In this document: piece by piece, positions 13,716 to 24,465 of the stretch | Layout: each line of letters begins with the position of its first letter | Position numbering within the stretch: the first letter of the stretch is position 1 | Assembly: GCA_045837725.1 (NCBI GenBank) | Contig: JBEWZL010000294.1 | Span: forward strand, 62,001 to 126,000 | Reading direction: 5' to 3' | Length of the DNA stretch: 64,000 nt | DNA from: Vermamoeba vermiformis | Taxonomy: Eukaryota | Translations under genes and position numbers: made by a program | Notes under the pieces: model-generated | Told to the model about the DNA's origin: nothing | Database searches by the model: none | What the model saw: the letters and a program-made list of their open reading frames with translations, nothing else

Positions 13716-15727
13716 TTAATTTCCTTTTGAGGCTACTAAATACACTAGAACAATGCGCCAGAATATTAAAGTACCAAATAAGAAAATACAATACACGATA
13801 AATGAGACTAAGGGTCTTTTCTTAATGAACTTTGTGAAGCCCAAGCCCTATTTTAATACAACATAAGTACCATATTATTATATTATAGTATTGGACTTAC
13901 GATTGCTATGCCTGCTAGAACAGATCCGACGAGGTACGAGTACCAAGGTGCTGCAGGAGGTACTGCCAATGCGCCGTGGCTAATAGGACTCCTGACGCAT
14001 GTAAAGCTATAGTGGAACAATAGACTAGGCAAGATCATGCTATAATAGTTGTTAGAACAAAATTTTTAGCGGATGTAGATCTCGTACCCAAAAACACCAG
14101 CAAACTTCTTCCAGAACTGAATAGGCTTTAGAATGAATAGCACTCCAATCACCATTGATATGGTAAAGCCAACGCCCATAATAATCCAATTAGCGTTGCC
14201 CATTGAAGTCATCGAGATGATCTGTTACAAAAATAAGTTTATCAATTTTATTTCTGAGAACAAAAAATAGAATTAATTTGTTAATTACCTTATCGGCATC
14301 AGTAGCGTAACACTGTTGAAGCTTGCCGCACGATCCACAGCCCGATTTATCGAGTTGATACAACGACCAGCCGAGAGTACACGTGACGATGCCCTAAATA
14401 GGCAAGTCAATTCATTGCACTAATTCTCGTTCATGAACCGTCAAATCTTACCATAATCACACCGCCAACACAATCAGATGGATAGTGCACGCCTAATTGG
14501 ACCTAAAAAAATTGACTTTCAGACCACATTTCCTAATATGGAAATCTAGATCCAGTGCTTACTCTAGCGTACGCAACTAATGCTGTCAACCCGACAGTGA
14601 GGAGTACTGTCCACCATTCAATCGACATGTCTGTAAAGTGCTCAGTAACTACTACTACGATGTAACTAAACACCACTGCACTCGTCACTAAAACAGACCA
14701 TTAGTTATCGTTCTATAAATAGATCACGTGATCATCTTTGCAGAAATTATTGCAAACGTACCTCCACGTGACGGAAATGACGAAGTTTTGTCGCGTTTGC
14801 GTTCTTGTGCCCGATATATCATGTACGGTCTGTACCGCCATATAAATCTCTTAGGAATCTAAAAGTATCAAGATTGTTATTGCTATATATAGTAATAATG
14901 ACCAAATATGGTAACCTACTTGAGATAAAGTTGCCAGCACGAGTGCTAAATAACCAATTTGAATTGAAAGTGCATCGAGACCAATCATCAATAGCGCAAA
15001 GGGTGCTGCTATAATTAGCTCCAGTGCCACCATGCCTATATATGGTAATATTAGTACCGATAAAGTTCGTCTCGTCCGCTCCAAGCGGAATTTGCAGCGA
15101 GAAAAAATTGTTGCAAAGTTGGATTCGATGATAGATTTTAATTGACGTGATCTCTATAGTGCCATTACGTACCAGTAAATAATAGACTAATATATTTAGC
15201 TGCTTTGCCGTCAATTTTTTGAGTCCAACGAATCAAAGTCCCATCAAAAGTCCACAACGCATCGTCCCACGATTTAGGCCAGATCCAAAGAACTAACAGG
15301 TCATTATTATTGTTAGCAATAGTGTGACTAGTATAAATTGTTAAATAATTTCGTTCCTATTTTTATTTGAGACTATTTGTGATTTATTTAGCGGATCGCG
15401 AAATATGAAATTCTGTAATTAATGAGAATAATAGTCGTTACATCGAATTATTTAATACCGATGTGATCAATTAATATTAATAAAATTGACATTAATTTTG
15501 ATAAATAGGTGTTTCTGAAATTACGTACATCTCTTGTTTGGCGGTTTAACTTTATATGAAAATGGTTGAAATCCATCATTAGATGAAGTTAATGAAGCGT
15601 GTTGATTAATTTCAGCAGTCGACTCAATTGAGGAAGTAGAATCCAACCAGCTCGGACCTAGATCCCGCTCTGGTTTGCCTTCTTCAATTATGTCCTCTTC
15701 TTGTAAATTACTATATGCTCGTGACAT
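13716..15727 (-). CDS. PAP2-superfamily (lipid phosphate phosphatase-like) multi-pass membrane protein
   Basis: Spliced motifs C1 KRFIWRYRP (Kx6RP), C2-like SSFPSRG and C3 ARVQLGVHYPSD; several transmembrane segments; TAA at 13716-13718. Confidence 0.8.
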
Positions 15728-15744
15728 TATTAATAAATAATAAA

Positions 15745-15942
15745 TAATATTTACAAATAAATAAATAATTGACGGAAATCTTTAATTGGACTCTCGAAGC
15801 TGGATCTTGCTTAGCTTCTCTATCACTCCAATTATGTTACGATTTCCGTAGTTGCTTGCAGTATTGCGTTCTTCTCCGTTGAAGAAAAAGGGTCAGATCA
15901 AAATGCCTAAAAAAGTTGCAGCAAAGCACGTGCTCCGTTCAT
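15745..15942. repeat. Duplicated block A, copy 1 (upstream region of the PAP2 gene)
   Basis: Aligns by eye with 19925-20119 through aataaataattga.ggaaatctttaattg, gctggatcttgcttagc, gcagtattgcgttcttct, gttgaagaaaaagggtcagatcaaaa and ccgttcat. Confidence 0.9.
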
Positions 15943-16589
15943 TCAGATTGCGAGCATGCACCTTAACTGCGCTACGAGATGAGTGACACGAGGGTCGCGA
16001 TAGCAGAAGGGGTTACAAGGACGTTGGCACTAACGAGCGGCCGCGATCTGGCGACGATACCAATTACCACATCGAATACAGCTTCTTTCAAATGTACCTT
16101 GCGTCAGTTTCAATCAAGCTGCAATTCTGCCGTCTTATTTTGACGTTTTTCGTTCGGCGCAATGCATTGAGTATCGAGCATAATGCTGATCGATCTTCAT
16201 ATTGTAAACCAGATTGATTTTTAAAAATCGTTTGTTTATATTCCTGCTATGCCTTGTAATGTAAGTCAATATTCAGCTACGCAATTAATTTTAAAAACTC
16301 AACTTAGAAATATTTTTTATTTTCAGAACTAAATCCGTCCTCAGCTTGTTGCACGAAACCAATCATACGAACAACGTCTAAGAGCTCTATGTAGTGCTCT
16401 CAAATCGTCGATTTTCTTATGTGCTCCTCTGACGACAGACAAGGCACGGATCAGGACATCCAACTGCGGTTCTGGCTAACTTGTTCAGTCATTAGTGCGA
16501 CGTAAGAATAGTATGCGTAAGGGACTCCTATCTGACGTAAGTAATACATCAACTTCGATCGGCCGTATTAATGATTCTTGTAGTCCACT

Positions 16590-17445
16590 TTGCGGCACAT
16601 TTGCTAGGCTCGATGTGCGTTCGATAGCAGCACAGAGCTCGGGGCCGAGGAGCTAAGAGCTGAAAGCAGAATTGATAGTACTAGCAACGCACTTAGACTC
16701 CGTGCAGGTGTTGCTCGAAAAGTCCTCGTGCGCGCCGTGTCACAAGCACTGCGAACCACTCAGTCTTGTAGTCTCGTCGCCGCACAAACAATGGACATGC
16801 AAGAACAGCCAATACAGCACCGTTGTCGAAACAATACCTTTTCCCGCAACTTTCAAGGATGGTGCAACAAACAGCTAAAGGTGCATACAACGATGATGTG
16901 TCGTGGCCCGAGTACGCATTCAGTTATGATCTATGACTGCATCCACCCGAAGTAAGCCGAGCGTAGCTCGTTGTTGATAGTTATCGATTGTTAAATTGTC
17001 TCGAAGGTTGTAATCCCGATGGCGCGGCTAATCATTTGGATCTCTTTGCTGGACAAAGTCACAATGTCCTTCACTTCAGTGGGACTTTTAAATGACGGGC
17101 AAGTCATTGCGTTGAGCAGTCGTAGTGAGTCACCTCACCACTGCGCAGCGTCACATGGCATTCGCAAGCAAAGAACACATGGACAGCACGCCCCACCCCA
17201 CGCTGGTTGCAATCGTATGCACGTGCTAAACAGATCGCTGCCAAGAGCTCACCGTGCATGCGCAATCGACCCCACGTGGCGGACCTCATTTCCACCACAC
17301 AACACTCATCAAGGGCACTGCTGCCACACAATCACGTGCTCACGTGCGCTACTCGGCCTTCAATATTCCGTGCAAAGAAGTCAATCGCACGCACCCTTTG
17401 GTACTAAAATAGGCACTACTGACGGGTGCACCTACTCTGCCAATG
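16590..17445. repeat. Duplicated degenerate block B, copy 1 (possible decayed coding or mobile-element relic)
   Basis: Shares gcgttcgatagcagc...ctcggggccgag, tccgtgcaggt.ttgctc.aa.agtcctcgt, tagtctcgtcgc, cacaaacaa and actgacgggtg with 20250-20970. Confidence 0.7.
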
Positions 17446-17558
17446 ACTGGTACCTCTGACAGCAGATCTGCATGCAATGGTAAAGATCCTTCCAGTTTAT
17501 TTAACTTATTCAGAATTAGTACAAAACATTTCTAACTCTTAATGTGTTTGTAGGAGAA

Positions 17559-19909
17559 TTAGTTATTGTCAGGCGGAAGCGATGCAATTTGATTAACAGT
17601 GAGGCCATAATAGCGTGCAAGGCAAGGTTTGTGGACCACAATGAGATTGCTGGGCCAGGCAATGTACTCTGGCTTGGGCATATTGGTGATTGTTTTGTTG
17701 GTGATGAACACGTAGATTATCTCATATTCTGCTTCCCATTGTTGCAAAAGTTCTGCTGTACTACTCAACCACTGGAGAACAGTTTGCCAAGGAATGGTTT
17801 TGCTTTTTTGGCCTTCCTTATCATTTGCTTGCAAACCATGGTTCAGCTGCTTCACAAATTTTATCTTGTTCTGCAGTCTCGTTAGTTAATTTTATGGTAT
17901 GCTTATGTACACATACATTTTTGTTTGAAGTGTATGCTGACTTTATATCAACCATTGGATTGCCATCTGCACATTGCACAACAGCATTCATGAAGCTAAT
18001 TTTGTGATCACCAAGTAGAACTGTGTCCTGTGCCAAACTTAATTTCAGTATCTCAGTAAACTAACCACTTACTTGCACATCACTTTTCTTGTCTCTTGAC
18101 AAGTATTGGCTGCTCTCTTTGCAGTAATGCTTGTCTGTCAACCTCAGCACATGCATGCCCAAATCAGCTGGAAACAGAGCTCCTGCATACAGCTCTTGGA
18201 GCAACACTTCATATCTTTTGCTTGTCTTCTGAAAAGATGTGACACGTACAACCTGAATTTACTGGTCAATATGATTATTTGACAGCAGAAATCTTACTTC
18301 AAGATGGGCTTCAAGCTCTGCAAGGTGCTGCCAATAAAAGGGAACACCCGGAACAGGCAATAAGTGTGTGCTAATGATGGCTTTTGGGAGGTGAAGTAGA
18401 ATGGTCCTCAGGATGGGATATGGCAATAGAAAACAACCTCCTTCATGGAAAACAACTCCTTGAATTTCAAGTTGGTGCTGCTCTGCCATGCTCAATACCC
18501 TTCTAGTGATTGGCTGCCCAGACAAAATGAGGTAGAGAAAGGTCACCATTGAAGGTAACTCAGTCACATTGAGCAATCCTTTAGCCTACAAAAATGTAAT
18601 GTAATGTAAGACATGCATAAGCTGTTTAATAAACAACATACCAAGTAATGTGCACTGATCATTTCAAAGGCCTTTTCAGCAATATCTTTTGCCATATCAT
18701 TTGTGAGATTCTTCTCTGTCATGTAACTCTGACAGGCCTCCATAAGATGTTTTAAGCACTTTGGTATTCGTCCTAGTAATTTCAAAGTGCTGTCAAATAT
18801 CTTGTTGTGTAGCCAAGACTGATTAGTAGGATAGATTGAGGTGAAAATATTTTTGATTCCTTCAGCAGACAACAGATGCACAGCTCCAAGAAAATATCTA
18901 TAACCTGTAGCAACAAACTCAGATTGCAAGGATGCAAGAGTAGTTCCACAGATTACAGGCAATAGAGCTACTCTGTGGGCAGCAGCCAGATTTTGCTTTG
19001 CACTTCCTTTTGCAGCCAAACCAGATTGTGTTTGCAGATGTTTTGATCGATGAGGCTTTGTTGTGTCACACATGTAACGACCAATAGTAGCTAACATGTC
19101 ATTGAAAAAGCACTTGCCTATCGATGGAATGTAGTTGATGTCATCCATAACCAAAACCATGTTGACAATACTGGGATCAGGCCCTTCTAATTGTTTTCTC
19201 CATTCATAGAATGCTGCCATTACTTCTTCAAATCCAAACACTTCTTCAGCATACTGGCCATTCAAGTAGCTAATCAACTCTGCTGTGGAACAACCAAAGA
19301 GCAACCTTGCAGCTACTCTGAGTCCAAGCATGTGAGAGGGATACTTTGACTCCACAGCAGGCTGTATTACATCACCATTGCTGAAATCAATCTGAACACA
19401 GTATGTTTCATTTGGATACTTCTGTTCAATGCTGTGTAAGATCTCCTCACTCAGACGTGATTTGCCAGAGCCAGAGCCAGCAAGTATTGCATAAAAACAG
19501 TGCTTTTGCTTTGACTTTGATTTAATGTTCTCTCTATTAATTCGAAGAGCTTCGAGCGATTTCTCAATTTCATCATTTCGCTCTTGGAGGGGCATCTCAC
19601 TTGTTTGCAACATTAACAATGATAAAAATTGGTTAATAACTTACAATTCATCCTTAAATATCAGTTGTTTATGAACAGAAGTCATTTTTTGATAACAGTC
19701 CAAACATTCCAAAATAAATTCAACTTTTTCATGGAAGTCCAAACTGTGACTCTTGAGTGCTAAGATCTCTGCAAGTCTTCCTGGTGTCATTGTGGTGAGT
19801 GATGAACCTCGATCAACGAGTGGATTCAGCAATTGATCTGCAAATTTTTAGAAACATGAAGAAAACTGGTCTGGATTTGGAACTAATTACCATGGGCATT
19901 CTTTTCCAT
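17559..19909 (-). CDS. Crinkler-related (CR) P-loop NTPase with a C-terminal restriction-endonuclease-like domain, about 7 exons
   Basis: Walker A ILAGSGSGKSR, IDFSNG, LGLRVAARLLFG, Walker B VLVMDDIN, PVICGT and LGRIPKCL. The C-terminus has WQHLAELEAH, ADGNPMVD...FVKQLNH, YVFITNK and NLIVV...LARYYG. All introns splice in frame from the ATG at 19909. Family call is from recalled motif patterns. Confidence 0.75.
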
Positions 19910-19924
19910 GTTTATTATTGGTAA

Positions 19925-20119
19925 ATTATAAATAATAAATAATAAATAATTGATGGAAATCTTTAATTGTACTTTCAAAGCTGGATCTTGCTTAGCACTC
20001 AATCGCTTCAATAATATTCGTAATTATGTAGTCACTGCAGTATTGCGTTCTTCTGTTGAAGAAAAAGGGTCAGATCAAAACGCCGAAAAAAGTTGCCGCA
20101 AAGCCCGGGTTCCGTTCAT
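19925..20119. repeat. Duplicated block A, copy 2 (upstream region of the CR NTPase gene)
   Basis: Direct-orientation homologue of 15745-15942, lying immediately upstream of the ATG at 19909. Confidence 0.9.
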
Positions 20120-20249
20120 GAACGATAAAAGCCAATACATCACATGAACTTAGTAACTATTGAGTATAAGAATATTTGTTTATCAATGACTCACTTGAGG
20201 GGCATTAGTGTTCTCAGCTGAGGCGGAGATGCTGTTAAGTCACACCACT

Positions 20250-20970
20250 TCGAGGCTTATTGCTACGGGTGCCGAGGCTCGACGCGCGTTCGATAGCAGC
20301 TCGGGGCCGAGAAGGTAGGAGCTGAGGCAGAACTGATAGGACTGGCTCTTAGAGTCCGTGCAGGTATTGCTCAAACAGTCCTCGTTCATCTCCGATATGA
20401 CATTGGCACAGCAGAATGAACCACCGCCATCGATATCCGTCTTGTCTCATTTTGGTCTCGACTCAGTTCTTAGTCTCGTCGCTGCATGTTGCCACAAACA
20501 AGAGCACGCAAAAGAACCGCCGAGACAGTCCTCTGTCGTTCGCGGGACAAGGCTTCTTCCAGCCACACTTGGCACGTGCAGCCGAGACGAGTGGCACAAA
20601 GAAGAGGTGCTAGGGCCACTGCAATCACATTCATCTTGATCAAGCCATAGCGAGCACTTCAACTCCACGATGTTGTTGCCCTTCCAAGTCTTGAACAGTA
20701 TTTGTTGCGCGACACGATCACTTCGTCTTGCACTTTGTCTGCTGCACGTAGAGTTCAACCAGAGCGCGCAACACTGTAACCATTTGTTTGCCGTCCTTCA
20801 TATCGGACAATTTAGCGATCAAGTCCTTAAACAACTTCCGTTGCTGTTGGCTGCGTTCATGCGCACATATTGCAGGGCTCGTGCGGCGTATTTAGCGTGC
20901 GTACGCTACAGGCCGCGCGAACACTTACTGCTTCTGCACGTCACTGACGGGTGATTAGTCTCGCCAATAT
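20250..20970. repeat. Duplicated degenerate block B, copy 2
   Basis: Direct-orientation homologue of 16590-17445 with indels. Minus-strand remnants read RGLFEQYLHGL* here and RGLFEQHLHGV* in copy 1. Confidence 0.7.
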
Positions 20971-21558
20971 GAGCACAGAACTATGTGACTTACTTAACGA
21001 GATCTGTGTTGAGCGATTTTCCGTACCAATCACTTTGCCGATGTTTGTCAACAAGCGCACGTGGCAACTAACTCGATCGGCTACGACAAATTGTTATCCT
21101 GGCAAATATTTTATTATTAGACATATTTATTAATTTCATGGTATTGTATGCAGCATACAAACCAAATTGTCGTTAATATTTTTTTGGTTAAATTAACATT
21201 AATAGTACCAAAATTCAATAATATTATCCAACGATATTACAAATATATTATAATTAATAGTCGATTAAATTTGTGACGTAGGAATATCATAGGTCAGAGA
21301 TCTGTCATTTGAAGGCTAGATCCGTTAAACTTAACTTACAACGCATATTATAAGTCCACTTACCATATAATGATTCCTTTTGATTGAAAAAGAGTTTGAT
21401 ACGGTTGGGGTACTCGTGCTTCAAATTCGGTCGGTAAGAAAAAAGGGCGAAAGAACCAAAATTATCTCGTGTTTGCGTTAGATAACACGTGTCACGTGTA
21501 TATATTATAAAGCTCGTGTTAGCGAAGGTTTCATAATTACTGGAATTTATTGCTTGAC

Positions 21559-23883
21559 ATGGATCTACAGAAACCACTTTGGTTCGAAGCAATTTCGAAA
21601 GGAAATATTGAAGAGGTCAGAAAAATATTGGAGAAAAACATTGCAATCATTGACGTTTGCGATGTAAGTATAGAAACGTATCTAATAATTCATTCTCGCT
21701 TTGCCACGCTTACTAATATTATTTTATGCTATAGTGGGTAATTAATATCAATTTAAACGCTATATTTAATTAGTTAACTAATTTTTGGTGGCTTGCTTGT
21801 CCGATCCAATTTTTAGTGGGTAAGTTCACGAGAAATTCGCATTATAATCGACTTCTAACTTTATGAATTATTAGCAAGTACGTATAGGAATAGGCGGACG
21901 ATAAAACCATACTAATTAGATTACTTTCCATTTTTGTGACACGTGCAGGACGTAAGTTTGCTGGATCTTTCTCGAAACTTCGCAACCAATTAAAATTATT
22001 TATAGACAGGATTGCATTTAGCTGTATTTCGACAAAATAAGCATCTAGTTGAACTTCTACTTCGGCACGGTGCGGATGTAACTCTGAAAGTACGAGAGAA
22101 GAACCCTTAAAGATCTTACTAACATCGATTTTTTTATTTAGAACGTAAGTCATAGAAGAATAACGATGTAGGTTACTAATATTAATGGCTTTTTCCTTTT
22201 GTGTATCTTTACAGCGCGTAAGTTTTACACGTGTTGACCACCGACTTTACTAACCAATGACGCAGGATGTAAGTTTCAGATACACTTCGTGATCAGTCCT
22301 CACACATAAATAGGGAGTAAGTATATAATAATGCTATAATAAGTCGTGTATGCTAATTAGCTTTTCAGAATACTGCGTTAGAAGCTGCGAAGAAACGAGG
22401 GTACGATGACATCGTGGCGGCGTTTGAATTAAAGTAAGATGAATAGAAATAATATAAATCCGTACTAATATCTATTATGAAGCCCTGGTAAAGTCAAAGT
22501 TATCGTTCCTACCCTCGAAAAGCAAGTTGTGGATCTGGTGACAGCGAAGAATTGGCAGGACTTTGCAAGTCTTATTCTCGATCACCCGAGCTTGCCCGTG
22601 CACGGGATTATCAAAGACAAGTTCCCCTTGTCAATTAGAACACACGCACTGCAAATCGTTGTTTCGTCTTTGCGTCAATTCAACGACGGCGCGTCACATC
22701 AAGAGGGTATTTTGACCGAGAAATCTGCGCTATTACAGAAGACACTACGTGAGCTACACACAACAAAAGAAGAGTACTTGATGAAAATCAAGGCCATCGA
22801 GGATGAAATTACACAGGTGCAACAAAACTTTAAAGATACGCAGGCAAAGTGGTCGGATTTGAAGATTGAAAGCAAAGAAGTGGCCGCCAACTTGACTAAG
22901 ATTGAAGAAATATTCAAACAACAGCAATCAGCCGTACGAGAGCTTGAAGAGACCTTAAAGAAAAATTATACTCAGTGGAGCGTGGCGGATGTAGTTCGGA
23001 TCTTAGAAGAACTTGATTTGGGTGCTTATATCAACGCATTTGAAAGTAATAATATTACCGGCGCGTTCCTACCGCGCCTAAAGTCCAAGATGCTCGTAGA
23101 GAAGCTCGGCATGTCATTCAAAGAGGCCAAAAAACTTTCAAAAGCAATGTTCTTCCTTCAAAAGGGCGTTAGTATTCATAGCGAGCCTAGAGGAGTATTA
23201 ACATGGACTACTGAAGATGTTTGCCATTGGTTAAGCGAAACAAAATCCGCGCATCTGGTTGACAAATTCAAAGCAAAAGAAGTAGTTACAAATCTAAATA
23301 TTAGATGCGAGACCGTCGTGCTAATAATTTTTTAGGTAACTGGCGTAGAATTGGCGTTTTTGGATGATTACGACGTGAGCCACGTGTTGCAGATCGGTAA
23401 CTTGGGCGATGAAATTCATTTAATCGAAACGACTGAAGCATTAAGAGCTCAATTAAATGAAGAATATGTCGCTAAGCCTGAAGAAATTAAGGTAAGAGAC
23501 TTACATTGAGAGTTGAATCCGCGTCGGAATCAGATGCGCTTTCCATCAGCTTAGTTTTCTACAATACTAATATGACATGCTTCATATACTCATAGACTAC
23601 GCCTATCGAGCATAAGATCGATGAAGAGCTCGTACAGAAAGTCAAACGGCTCACGATCGAGCCTCCCGCCGACTTCTTGTGTCCTATCACTCAGGAAATT
23701 ATGCTCGACCCTGTAATAGCGAGCGATGGGCATACTTATGAACGAAGAGCTATTGAGAAGTGGTTCCAAGAACATAACTCCTCACCATTGACGAGCCAAC
23801 AGCTAGAAAATCGAAATCTGCTTCCCTCGCATACGTTGAAGCGAATAATACGTGAATTCATTGATAATAATCAACCTAAATAA
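21559..23883 (+). CDS. Ankyrin-repeat / coiled-coil / tandem SAM / U-box protein (putative E3 ubiquitin ligase) with eight 3-nt micro-exons
   Basis: Spliced: MDLQKPLWFEAISKGNIEEVRKILEKNIAIIDVCD-W-W-Q-D-TGLHLAVFRQNKHLVELLLRHGADVTLK-N-R-D-G-NTALEAAKKRGYDDIVAAFE. SAM motifs WSVADVVRIL..YINAFESNNITG and WTTEDVCHWL..KFKAKEVTG. U-box PPADFLCPITQEIMLDPVIASDGHTYERRAIEKW..SPLT. Confidence 0.9.
21735..21951 (+). other. Micro-exon run 1: four single-codon exons TGG (21735-37), TGG (21817-19), CAA (21875-77), GAC (21949-51)
   Basis: Contexts atag|TGG|gtaatt, ttag|TGG|gtaagt, ttag|CAA|gtacgt and gcag|GAC|gtaagt, with CTAAY branch points upstream. Confidence 0.82.
22142..22316 (+). other. Micro-exon run 2: four single-codon exons AAC (22142-44), CGC (22215-17), GAT (22266-68), GGA (22314-16)
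   Basis: Contexts ttag|AAC|gtaagt, acag|CGC|gtaagt, gcag|GAT|gtaagt and atag|GGA|gtaagt. TACTAAC/TACTAAT branch points precede the first three. Together they give the ankyrin loop K-NRDG-NTAL. Confidence 0.88.
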
Positions 23884-24465
23884 TATTTCGAGTATTAGAT
23901 TGATTAATTATAAAGATTGAAAGCTTTAACAAAGAAACGCGGGATCGGAACGTTTTTTCTTTGTAGTAGCTTGGCGTTAATGACTGTAAGTCCGCAAATC
24001 GCTTTAAATATTACCTAAACATTCTATTAATCGCAGCATCAGTAATACAGAGCTTAATAGAAGGCGGGAACAGTCGCATCTGAAGCATCCGGCCACTGAT
24101 CTGCATGAAGCAACCAAGTACTCGTGGTAACGTTCAAAATAACAGAACAGTATCTTTTAGCGCCATATAGTCTATTAAAAACGGATAGAAAACTGTTTTT
24201 CCTTTTTAGGAAGGTCAAGAATTCTGTAAATCGATGAAACGGTCGAATTTCCATGCGCGCCTAAAAAAACCCGCCACATATTATGTTCGTTATTGTTCGA
24301 CATATTGCCCGCTCAAAAAAATTTGTTTTAGTATTATTTGTTCGTAGCGAATAATAGCACACGAGGGCTTTAGGGCAACTTAAAGAATCCGTTTGACACA
24401 CGCGATCTTGGCTTGCCTAGACTACATCCAGCTTTAAACAATTAAAAATCATCAAAAATATAATA

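Noticed and set aside
18028-18073. Suspected frameshift in the CR gene
   Set aside because: Using the cacag acceptor gives a 45-nt intron and restores the frame.
22156-22167. Possible extra small exon catag|AAGAATAACGAT|gtagg
   Set aside because: Its upstream intron would be only 11 nt, and adding it to the run would break the 33-aa ankyrin period. Use as an alternative exon cannot be excluded without RNA data.
21664-22368. Regularly spaced short motifs suggesting a CRISPR-like or tandem repeat array
   Set aside because: Only splice signals recur and there is no conserved repeat unit; micro-exons explain the pattern.
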